NCBI GenBank assembly: GCA_023433615.1
Contig: JAEZCJ010000120.1
Location: forward strand, 8,357 to 72,356
Source: Bacillota bacterium
GTDB taxonomy: Bacteria > Bacillota > Bacilli > Paenibacillales > Paenibacillaceae
DNA: 64,000 nucleotides
Reading direction: 5' to 3'
Below are positions 20,542 to 28,615 of this stretch, piece by piece. The first letter of the stretch is position 1; every line of letters starts with the position of its first letter. Made by a program: the position numbers and the translations under genes. The notes under the pieces were generated by a model that worked only from the letters and a program-made list of their open reading frames with translations, was not told the DNA's origin and searched no databases.

Positions 20542-21516
20542 ATGTTGAATCGCAATGCGGAGGCGTTATTCTGGGTCGGCCGTTACATGGAGCGGGCAGA
20601 GAACCATGCTCGGCTCATCGATGTGCATTATCACCTCGAGGAAGGCCATGCGGCACAGGAGGCTCGGGGCGATGACGGGGCGCCGTGCAAATGGTCGGGA
20701 ATCGTCGACGCGCTGGGCAGCCGGACGGATTATGAAGAGCGGTATGGCAGCTCGTATCGCGAAGCCGAAGTGATCCGTTACGTTACGCTGGATCGCGACC
20801 ATTCCAATTCGTTATTCGCATGCGTCTCTCATGCGAGGGACAATCTGCGTTCGCTTCGCGAGAAGCTGCCTTCCGAATTGTGGGATGTCGTGAATGGCTT
20901 CTATCTCTGGCTCCGCGATCCGGGGAATGAAGCTGTGCTGAAGCAATCGCCGCATCGCTTCTTCGTGCGGGTGAAGGAATGGGCTGCCTTGTTCCAAGGG
21001 ATGGCGCAATCCGTCATGCCGAGGGAGAACGAATGGCACTTCATGGGTTGCGGCCGGTATCTGGAGCGCGCCGAGAATACGCTCCGCATCCTGCAGGTTG
21101 CGCATGGCAGGCCCTCCGCGGATTGGGCGGAACGCTACTCCTACCTGCAGGCCGTATTGAAATCGGTCAGTGCCTATCAGGTGTTCCGCCGGTATCATTC
21201 CGACAGCTTGCGGGATGACACGGTATTCGAATTTTTGCTGCTGCACGGCGCATTCCCGCGGTCGGTCCAGTATGCAATGCAGACGTTGACGGGCCATCTG
21301 AAAGGACTGGAGCTCCAGGCTCCGGCGGTGAAATCCTCCCATGTCAAGCTGGTGCGCCAATCGGGCAAAATCGTAGCCGAGCTTTCGTGCCTAGGCCGCG
21401 AGGATCTCGAGTCCGGGAATGAGACGCAAATTCTGTATCAGATGACGGGAAGCTGCGGCAGCTTGGGGACGGCTTTCGCGAACGTATTTTTTCGATTCGA
21501 GGAGGTCGGCGCATGA
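20542..21516 (+). CDS. Alpha-E domain protein (DUF403)
   Basis: The N-terminus MLNRNAEALFWVGRYMERAEN, repeated later as CGRYLERAENTLRIL, is the hallmark alpha-E signature. RBS AAGGAGG. Confidence 0.85.
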   Translation: MLNRNAEALFWVGRYMERAENHARLIDVHYHLEEGHAAQEARGDDGAPCKWSGIVDALGSRTDYEERYGSSYREAEVIRYVTLDRDHSNSLFACVSHARDNLRSLREKLPSELWDVVNGFYLWLRDPGNEAVLKQSPHRFFVRVKEWAALFQGMAQSVMPRENEWHFMGCGRYLERAENTLRILQVAHGRPSADWAERYSYLQAVLKSVSAYQVFRRYHSDSLRDDTVFEFLLLHGAFPRSVQYAMQTLTGHLKGLELQAPAVKSSHVKLVRQSGKIVAELSCLGREDLESGNETQILYQMTGSCGSLGTAFANVFFRFEEVGA

Positions 21517-22427
21517 AGCTCGTCATCTCTCACATGACGGAATACGCATATCCGTCGCCGGTTACGGACAGTGTCAATGAAATTCGGCTTTCGCCGTTCA
21601 CGAACGAGCACCAGTCCTGCTACCAGCATGCTATCACGGTTGAACCCGCCGCATCCTTGTTCAGTTACGAGGATTACTACGGCAATCGCGTCCATGCTTT
21701 CTCCGTCAATGCGCCGCATCGGAGGCTGGCGATCAAGACGCAAATGACGGTAATGACGAAGCTGGCGGCTAGGAGCAAGGATTTGTATTCCTTGATGCCG
21801 GCTGAAGCCGCTTGGAGCAGTCTGCAGCATGAACAGATCCAGAACCGCTATGCCGAGTTCCTGCTGCCGACGGCTTACACGATGCCTCTGCCTGAAGTGC
21901 AGGCATACTTGCATACGATTCCGGTTGCGCCTGACGAGGGGGGGAGCGCGGCAAATGGCTTGGGGACTGTCGGCGTGTATGAGTGGCTTAGCCGGCTGAA
22001 CGGCAAGATTCGCGCGGATTTCGTCTATGATCCCGCTGCAACAGATGTCCAGTCGACCGTAGCCGAAATTATGCAGCGCCGGCGAGGGGTGTGTCAGGAC
22101 TTTGCCCATCTGATGCTGGCCGTGTGCCGCAGCAAGGGCGTCCCGGCAAGGTATGTGAGCGGCTATCACTTCGTTGGGGATCTTCAGGGCGGCAACGCTG
22201 CCTTCGAGCAGGCATCGCATGCGTGGGTCGAAGCGTATGTTCCCGGCGAAGGATGGTGCGGCTTCGATCCGACGAACGACGAGCCGATCGGGCAGCGGCA
22301 CGTGAAGCTGGCGCATGGTCGGGACTATCGCGACATTGTGCCGGTTAAGGGAGTCTATCGCGGGACCGGCGTGCAAGAGTTGAAGGTGACGGTCGACGTC
22401 CGCAATGCGGAGGAACGAATCGATTGA
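21513..22427 (+). CDS. Transglutaminase-like cysteine peptidase family protein (Bact_transglu_N + transglutaminase core)
   Basis: Its start overlaps the upstream stop (ATGA). The N-terminal motif THxTxY-like is ISHMTEYAY. The catalytic triad is present: GVCQDFAH (Cys, nt 22092-22094), SHAWVEAY (His) and GFDPTND (Asp). Confidence 0.9.
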   Translation: MKLVISHMTEYAYPSPVTDSVNEIRLSPFTNEHQSCYQHAITVEPAASLFSYEDYYGNRVHAFSVNAPHRRLAIKTQMTVMTKLAARSKDLYSLMPAEAAWSSLQHEQIQNRYAEFLLPTAYTMPLPEVQAYLHTIPVAPDEGGSAANGLGTVGVYEWLSRLNGKIRADFVYDPAATDVQSTVAEIMQRRRGVCQDFAHLMLAVCRSKGVPARYVSGYHFVGDLQGGNAAFEQASHAWVEAYVPGEGWCGFDPTNDEPIGQRHVKLAHGRDYRDIVPVKGVYRGTGVQELKVTVDVRNAEERID

Positions 22428-22463
22428 CCCGCTGCAATCGACCCCATTCATGCGCATATAAAA

Positions 22464-22499
22464 AGCCGTGCAGACCCGAGCGATCGAGTCTGCACGGCT
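22464..22499. terminator. Bidirectional terminator between the transglutaminase gene and the convergent small gene
   Basis: Perfect 12-bp stem AGCCGTGCAGAC (22464-22475) / GTCTGCACGGCT (22488-22499), with an A-run before it and GCTTCG after it. Confidence 0.75.
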
Positions 22500-22509
22500 G
22501 CTTCGCGTC

Positions 22510-22857
22510 CTACAAAGACAAGCCTTCATCCGCCTTGCGTTCTTGTTCGAATTGCTCCAGCAGTTCCATGGCGCGTGCTCGATCCTTCGGCTTCACTTCG
22601 AGGCGGAATACGGTCGATTTCTGTACCCCTCCGTTGAATGCAGCCCCCGGCGTAATGCCGGACGGTGCGCCGGATTGATTCGTATCCACCCGGTTGCGGA
22701 CATTCTGCGACTTCAGGTACGCACTCTTCCGATCGAGCTCCTCCGCGTGCTCGCCTCGTGCGGTGGCAATCGTAACCCATCTGCTCTTACTGATAACTGC
22801 GACGATTAGAGCGACTAGAATGAGGACTCCCAGAATGATCCAGATCGTAACCATCAT
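22510..22857 (-). CDS. Small single-pass membrane protein, function unknown (C-terminal part weakly DUF2007-like by eye)
   Basis: 115 aa. N-terminal TM VTIWIILGVLILVALIVAVI, RBS AGGTGA upstream, and a C-terminal charged helix DRARAMELLEQFEQERK. Confidence 0.5.
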   Translation of the reverse strand: MMVTIWIILGVLILVALIVAVISKSRWVTIATARGEHAEELDRKSAYLKSQNVRNRVDTNQSGAPSGITPGAAFNGGVQKSTVFRLEVKPKDRARAMELLEQFEQERKADEGLSL

Positions 22858-22957
22858 CCATCACCTCTTCTTCGGGGGCAAGCCCCCTCGTTTTTGTCAG
22901 CAGGAAGGCGGCGTACCTACACATACCCGATTGTCAGCGCAGCGAAACAGGGGGAGG

Positions 22958-24412
22958 CTAGATGAACTTGCGGTGAATCTTCTTGCCGTCGCAGCTGAAG
23001 ACGATCGGTTTATCTTCGACAACCGTCTGCAGATGGACTCCTTTGCCCCATAGCTGTGCGACATAAGGCAATGTGCGCTCCACATATTTGAGATCGAGCT
23101 CGACGCCCTCGTACTGATGGGAGAGATAGAGATCGCCTGTGCGATTATAATCGCCGTCCGTGACGACGATGCAAGGGAATCCGCCGTTGACGCGCGACAC
23201 GACCAGCTGATCGCGGATATTCTCCCAGGACTTATCGGTAATTTTCCACTCCGGCCCTTTCTTCTCGAACACGTAGAGGTCGAGCTCGCCGACAAGCTGT
23301 TTCGTCAGGTAGTTGCGCAAGAACGATATATCGGCATCCTCTTCGCGCACCTCGAACATTTTTTCCCGACCCTTGCCCGGCACCCGCCCGAACCGTTCGC
23401 GCTCCTCCTGCGTCGGATTGTCCCATCGCTTCTCGATGTCCTCGAAGATCTTGAGGCCGAGGTAGTAAGGATTGAGGCTGTGACGGGACGGCTGCACGAC
23501 GGAAGCATTCAGCTTCGCGAATTCGATCGTCTCCTCGCTCGTCAGGTCCAGCTCGCGGATGATGCGCTGATGCCAGTACGAAGCCCAGCCTTCGTTCATG
23601 ATTTTCGTCTCGATCTGCGGCCAGAAGTAGAGCATCTCGTCGCGCAGCATGGACATGATGTCGCGCTGCCAATCCTCGAGCACGGTCGAATACTCCTCGA
23701 TGAACCAGACGATGTCCTTCTCGGGCTCGGGCGGGAACCGTTTCGGCTGCTCCAGCGCCTGCGCGAGCTTCTCGGCTTCTTCCTGCGTGACATCCAGCGA
23801 CCATAGGTCATCGTAAGGGTTCTTCGACGGTCCTTGACCGCTTACGCGATCCTTCTCGTGCTGCTTGCGGCGCATCTCGATGTACCGGGCCTTGTCGAGT
23901 CCGTACGGCCGGAGCAGCGTAGGCTCGATATGCTCCTGGATCGCGAGCACCGCGTCGATGAACCGCTCCACTTGCTCGGCACCGTGCTCTAGCTCGTAGC
24001 CGGCGACCCGCTCGGCCGTGGCAGACATACTCTCGACCATATTCCGGTTGGAGCGGCTAAAGCGCGCATTGTTCTTGAAAAAATCGCAATGGGCAAGCAC
24101 GTGGGCGACGATCAGCTTGTTCTGGATCAGAGAGTTGCCTTCGAGCAGGAATGCGTAGCAAGGATTGGAGTTGATGACGAGCTCGTAGATCTTGCTGAGG
24201 CCAAAATCGTACTGCATCTTCATTCTGTTGAACGTCTTGCCGAAGCTCCAGTGCGAGAATCGGGTCGGCATCCCGTAAGCGCCGAATGTATAGATGATAT
24301 CGGCCGGACAAATCTCGTAGCGCATCGGATAGTAATCCAGGCCGAAGCCCGCGGCGATCTCGGTAATCTCGTCGATCGCCCGTTCCAGCTGCTTCATGTC
24401 GTCTTCTGTCAC
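22958..24412 (-). CDS. spoVR: Stage V sporulation protein R
   Basis: 484 aa. [42 protein letters not shown] and the [13 protein letters not shown] motif are typical SpoVR. GTG start 7 nt after GGAGGGG. Confidence 0.92.
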   Translation of the reverse strand: MTEDDMKQLERAIDEITEIAAGFGLDYYPMRYEICPADIIYTFGAYGMPTRFSHWSFGKTFNRMKMQYDFGLSKIYELVINSNPCYAFLLEGNSLIQNKLIVAHVLAHCDFFKNNARFSRSNRNMVESMSATAERVAGYELEHGAEQVERFIDAVLAIQEHIEPTLLRPYGLDKARYIEMRRKQHEKDRVSGQGPSKNPYDDLWSLDVTQEEAEKLAQALEQPKRFPPEPEKDIVWFIEEYSTVLEDWQRDIMSMLRDEMLYFWPQIETKIMNEGWASYWHQRIIRELDLTSEETIEFAKLNASVVQPSRHSLNPYYLGLKIFEDIEKRWDNPTQEERERFGRVPGKGREKMFEVREEDADISFLRNYLTKQLVGELDLYVFEKKGPEWKITDKSWENIRDQLVVSRVNGGFPCIVVTDGDYNRTGDLYLSHQYEGVELDLKYVERTLPYVAQLWGKGVHLQTVVEDKPIVFSCDGKKIHRKFI

Positions 24413-24637
24413 TGGCTGTCCCCTCCGCTATCCAGGTTATGCGAGCCGTGCCTCGGCTGCTCGGGCTCTCCATGCCCTATGTATATGTGCAAGCAAGCTG
24501 GCGGATGACGGGAGAATGACGGCTGCGTCCACACTTCGCCGCAAGGCAACATTTTCCCGAAACGTCTAGGCCCCAAGTCGCGTATATAGGAGAAGTTCTT
24601 CGAAGGAGCAACACTTACCAGGGAGGGGACAAGAAGA

Positions 24638-25708
24638 ATGGAAGTATATCAAGGGGGCAAGGACGGCAACACGGAGAAGGAATTCAAGCTGCCGCCGAAC
24701 TTCTGGAAGCGCGTCGGACTCGGCGCGGTCGTCGTCGGAGCGATCTGGCTAGGTTCGTCCACGTATTATACGGTGGAAGAGACCGAGCAGGCAGCCATCT
24801 TGACGTTCGGGAAATACACGACAACCCAGGAGAGCTCGGGGCTGCACTTCAAGCTGCCGTATCCGATCCAGCAAGCGGTGAAGGTGCCGGCTAACCTGAC
24901 GCAGAAGACGCAGATCGGCTACCGCGAGCATAACGGGCAGATTACGCCGGTCGAGGAAGAAGCGCTCATGATTACGGGCGACGAGAACATCGTATCCGCC
25001 GACGCGGTCGTCGAGTGGAAGATCGCGAACGTTCGCGACTATCTGTACAATATCGACGACGCGGAGCATTTCCTGCGCAACTCGGCGAGCAGCGCGATCC
25101 GCTCGGTCATGGGCTCGACGAAGCTCGACTACGCCATCACCGAGGGCAAGACCGTCATTCAGACCGACGTCAAGAAGAAGCTCGAGGAGCTGCAGGAGCG
25201 CTATAACACGGGCATTCAGATCATCGACTTGAAGTTCCAGGATATCGAGCCGCCGGAAGGCCAGGTCGCGACGGCGTTCAAGGAAGTTACGAACGCGCGC
25301 GAGGAGAAGAACACGAAGATCAACCAAGCGCAGAAGTACGTCAACGACCGTCTGCCGAAGGCGCGCGGCGAAGCGCAGGCACTGATCGAGGGCGCTGAAG
25401 CCGAGAAGAAATCCCGGATCCTGAACGCGCAAGGCGACGTGGCGAAGTTCAACGCCGTCTATACCGAATACGTGAAGAATCCGGAGGTTACGTCGGAACG
25501 TCTCCTGCTCGAGACGATCGAGCGCATCCTGCCGAATGCGAAGATCATCGTGACCGACGGCAGCGGAAGCACGGTGAACTACCTGCCGCTGGATGAACTG
25601 ATGAAGTCGCGCACGGGCGCTAAAGCGAGCGCGGGTGCGAGTGCGAGTACGGGAGCGCCGGCGACGAATACGGGCACGAATGCAACGGAAGGAGGTGCTG
25701 GCCAATGA
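24638..25708 (+). CDS. hflK: SPFH/band-7 protein, FtsH modulator HflK-like
   Basis: An N-terminal TM followed by an SPFH domain (YTVEETEQAAILTFGKY, ALMITGDENIVSADAVVEWKI) and a coiled-coil tail. It is translationally coupled to the next gene. Confidence 0.85.
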   Translation: MEVYQGGKDGNTEKEFKLPPNFWKRVGLGAVVVGAIWLGSSTYYTVEETEQAAILTFGKYTTTQESSGLHFKLPYPIQQAVKVPANLTQKTQIGYREHNGQITPVEEEALMITGDENIVSADAVVEWKIANVRDYLYNIDDAEHFLRNSASSAIRSVMGSTKLDYAITEGKTVIQTDVKKKLEELQERYNTGIQIIDLKFQDIEPPEGQVATAFKEVTNAREEKNTKINQAQKYVNDRLPKARGEAQALIEGAEAEKKSRILNAQGDVAKFNAVYTEYVKNPEVTSERLLLETIERILPNAKIIVTDGSGSTVNYLPLDELMKSRTGAKASAGASASTGAPATNTGTNATEGGAGQ

Positions 25709-26580
25709 CCACGCAAAAATGGGTAATGACCGGCATCGGCGCTTTCCTGGTTATCATCGCGCTGTTCGGCTCCATGTTCATCGTTCGCGAAGGCGAATAC
25801 AAGGTCGTGCTGCAATTCGGCGAAGCGATCCGGATCCACGAAGAACCGGGGATCAAGTTCAAGATCCCGTTCATTGAGTCGGTCACGACGCTGCCGAAGT
25901 ACCAGAAAGTATACGACAGCCAGCCGACGACGATCCTGACGAAGGACAAGAAGCCGATCATCGTCGACAACTATACGGTATGGCGGATCAGCCAGCCGCA
26001 GCAGTTCCTGCGGTCGCTTCAGACGGTCGGCACGGCTGAAAGCCGTCTCGGCGATGCGGTCTACAATGCCATCAGACGGAAGCTGTCGGAGATCGAATAT
26101 GGTTCGATCATCAGCGAGAATACGTCGCGGGGCGACTTGAACGACGAGATTACGCGCATCGTCCAAGACGTGGCCGTGAATCAAGGCTACGGCGTCGAGA
26201 TCGTGGACGTACGGATCAAGCGTACCGACCTGCCTGAGGAGAACAAGCAGAGCGTATACAATCGGATGATTTCCGACCGTCAATCGATCGCGGCAGGCTA
26301 TCTGTCCGAAGGCGACGAGGAGTCCCGGAAGATCACGTCGAATGCTGACCGCCAAGCGTCCGAATTGATCTCGCAAGCGCAGGCCGACGCGAAGAAGATT
26401 ATCGCGGAGGGCGAAGAAGAAGCGGCGCGAATCTATAACGAATCGTACGGCAAGAATCCAGGCTTCTACAAGCTGTATCGAACGCTCGAAAGCTACATCA
26501 CGTCCTTCCAAGGAGAACCGGTCATCATGCTGCCAGCCGATTCGCCGTATGCAAGGTTCTTGATGGGCGACCGGCAGTAA
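25705..26580 (+). CDS. hflC: SPFH/band-7 protein, HflC-like
   Basis: ATGA overlap with hflK. TM plus SPFH domain (FIVREGEYKVVLQFGE, ILTKDKKPIIVDNYTVWRI). Confidence 0.85.
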   Translation: MTTQKWVMTGIGAFLVIIALFGSMFIVREGEYKVVLQFGEAIRIHEEPGIKFKIPFIESVTTLPKYQKVYDSQPTTILTKDKKPIIVDNYTVWRISQPQQFLRSLQTVGTAESRLGDAVYNAIRRKLSEIEYGSIISENTSRGDLNDEITRIVQDVAVNQGYGVEIVDVRIKRTDLPEENKQSVYNRMISDRQSIAAGYLSEGDEESRKITSNADRQASELISQAQADAKKIIAEGEEEAARIYNESYGKNPGFYKLYRTLESYITSFQGEPVIMLPADSPYARFLMGDRQ

Positions 26581-26610
26581 GCAGACATTCCTATCGCAGC
26601 GGCAAGACAG

Positions 26611-26648
26611 ACAACGCCCATCCGGCTTCGATGCCGGATGGGCGTTGT
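26611..26648. terminator. Strong bidirectional terminator after hflC / the convergent HD gene
   Basis: Perfect 16-bp stem ACAACGCCCATCCGGC (26611-26626) / GCCGGATGGGCGTTGT (26633-26648). Confidence 0.8.
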
Positions 26649-26670
26649 CGTTGGTGCGGCAGCAGCGAGA

Positions 26671-27645
26671 CTATAACCGAATGAATTCCACGCCGGCGAG
26701 CTGATGATCATCGAGCGCGATGAGCTGATCGGAGCCGCTTAAACGCAGGAGCGGCGAGCACGGACGCTCTGTCAATCCGACGACGAGAGCCGTCCGGCCT
26801 GAAGGCGTGCGCACCGTGCTGCCTGGCAGCATCTTGGGGATGGACTGCGATAAGGCCATCGTCTCGCGAGCGGCGAATAACCGGTCCGGAAGCGCGAGCA
26901 GCACCTCCAGCGCACCGTAGTACATCGTCTCCGACACATCCGACAGATGATCGAATAGATTGCAGAGGTAGCACAGCTTCGCCGCATGCGCGAACGGTTT
27001 ATCCGTCGTGCTGCGGCGGTGGCGGTCGCCGGCAACGTTCTGATGTTGCAGAATGATATGCGGGATGAACGAGCCTGCGGGGTAATGGGGCTTGGCGAAC
27101 AGATAGCCGACCAGCGGGTGCTCAGAGTCGTCGGCATCCGTAAGCATCTTCCCGATATCATGCAGCAGGCATCCGGCAATCAGCTCCATCCGGTCGGCAT
27201 CTTGCCAGCCGAGCTTGTCTGCGGCCTGCGCGGCCCAGAGGGCAACGTTAACGACATGCGCATAGAGCTGCAGGCTGATCGGCACAGAGCGGGAAGGGAG
27301 CGGAACGACAGTGCCGCGTGCCGAGACATAGCCGTTAATCGCGCTTGCCGCTTCTTCCAGCTCAGCTGTCGCGAAGCGATCGTTGCAGGCTTCCAGGTAC
27401 ACGGAGCGGATCGCATGGACCAGCCTGATCCAAGCCTGCGAGTCCATCAGCTCCTCGAAACGGACATCGCGCGTCTCTTCGTCCTGCACGACCGCCTTGT
27501 CGATGCCGTATCGTTTCAGCTCAGCGAGCAGCTCCATCGTCAAGAGCGCGCCGGGTTCGGCGATCAGCTGGCCCATCGTGCCATATATAGGCCTGGCCGC
27601 CGTACATGCGCCAGGTCGAATCGATTCCACTAACATCAGATGCAT
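26671..27645 (-). CDS. HD-domain protein, degenerate HD-GYP paralog (GYP and HHE motifs lost)
   Basis: It has the same architecture as the two HD-GYP proteins at 53933 and 59606. It retains LLHDIGK but has LQHQNVAGDRHRR (nt 27013-27051) where the paralogs have HHERLDGSGYP. ATG 27645 lies 8 nt after GGAG. The ORF opens at GTG 27654. Confidence 0.75.
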   Translation of the reverse strand: MHLMLVESIRPGACTAARPIYGTMGQLIAEPGALLTMELLAELKRYGIDKAVVQDEETRDVRFEELMDSQAWIRLVHAIRSVYLEACNDRFATAELEEAASAINGYVSARGTVVPLPSRSVPISLQLYAHVVNVALWAAQAADKLGWQDADRMELIAGCLLHDIGKMLTDADDSEHPLVGYLFAKPHYPAGSFIPHIILQHQNVAGDRHRRSTTDKPFAHAAKLCYLCNLFDHLSDVSETMYYGALEVLLALPDRLFAARETMALSQSIPKMLPGSTVRTPSGRTALVVGLTERPCSPLLRLSGSDQLIALDDHQLAGVEFIRL

Positions 27646-27794
27646 CTCGATCACTCCATTGCACTAACCTTCGAGTAAGCAGGGCTAGACCCTGAGAACC
27701 ATTATGGCAATGAAGTTTGTGGAAAGTTACGCATCGTGTGTCAGTTTTCTGTTAGAAGGAATCAAGAGACGTTAACAGGCGTTAGAAGGGGAAT

Positions 27795-27823
27795 GCAAAA
27801 ACCAGCTTCGCGGGAAGCTGGTT
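27795..27823 (-). terminator. Rho-independent terminator after the OmpR-type regulator gene
   Basis: The minus strand reads AACCAGCTTCCCGCGAAGCTGGTTTTTG, a 10-bp stem plus a U-run. The stem overlaps the stop codon. Confidence 0.7.
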
Positions 27824-28517
27824 AAGGCTGGAACTTATATCCGACGCCCCATACGGTCTTAATATGCTTGGGCTCCTTCGGATTGATTTCGATCTTCTTC
27901 CTGAGGTTCGTGACATGCACATCGATGGCTCGATCATTGACGAAGGAATCGACGCCCCTGAGCGCATTGATCAGCTCTTCGCGGCTGAAGACGCGGCCGG
28001 GATGCTGGCAGAATAAGCGCATGATCTCGAAGCTGGAATACGTCGTCTCGGTATGCTGCCCGTCCAATACGATTGTCCGCTTCTCCAGATCGATGCGGAT
28101 GCGCTCTTGCGGAGTCGCGGAGCTAGGGACGGCGTCTGCGGCAGCCTGCATCTGCGGCATCGCTCGACGAAGCACGGTCTCGATGCGAGCCTTCAATTCC
28201 TGCATGCTGAAAGGCTTGCATAAGTAATCGTCGGCACCGGCCATCAGCACCTTGATCTTCTCGTTCACTTCGGATTTCATGGAGACGACGATAATCGGCA
28301 CATCGGTGAGCTCTCGGAGGGTCACGCACAGGTCGGCGCCGTCTGCATCTGGAAGCATCAGGTCAAGCAAGATGATGCAAGGGCTGCTTGCGCGAAACAG
28401 CTCCAAGGCATCCTTCGCCGTCTGCGCGTGCTCGACTTCATAATGCTCGCCTGTCAGATAGAGCCGCAGCATCTCGCCGAAGATCAGGTCATCCTCGATT
28501 ATTAGCACCTTGGTCAT
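27822..28517 (-). CDS. OmpR/PhoB-family response regulator
   Basis: MTKVLIIEDD, ILLDLMLPDADG, and a C-terminal winged helix (TVWGVGYKF). ATG 28517. The ORF opens at 28532. Confidence 0.9.
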   Translation of the reverse strand: MTKVLIIEDDLIFGEMLRLYLTGEHYEVEHAQTAKDALELFRASSPCIILLDLMLPDADGADLCVTLRELTDVPIIVVSMKSEVNEKIKVLMAGADDYLCKPFSMQELKARIETVLRRAMPQMQAAADAVPSSATPQERIRIDLEKRTIVLDGQHTETTYSSFEIMRLFCQHPGRVFSREELINALRGVDSFVNDRAIDVHVTNLRKKIEINPKEPKHIKTVWGVGYKFQP

Positions 28518-28615
28518 GCTTCCACCACCCAAAATGTATGGCGTATATTAAAAAAACAAATCTTTTCTTAACATTTTCTACTATTTCCTATTATAGCTTG
28601 CCGACTACTGGAAGT

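Noticed and set aside
24413-24637. A sigma-E-like promoter for spoVR (minus-strand CATATACAT with TCATCC upstream).
   Set aside because: The match to the consensus and the spacing are too loose to call from sequence alone. It needs TSS mapping.
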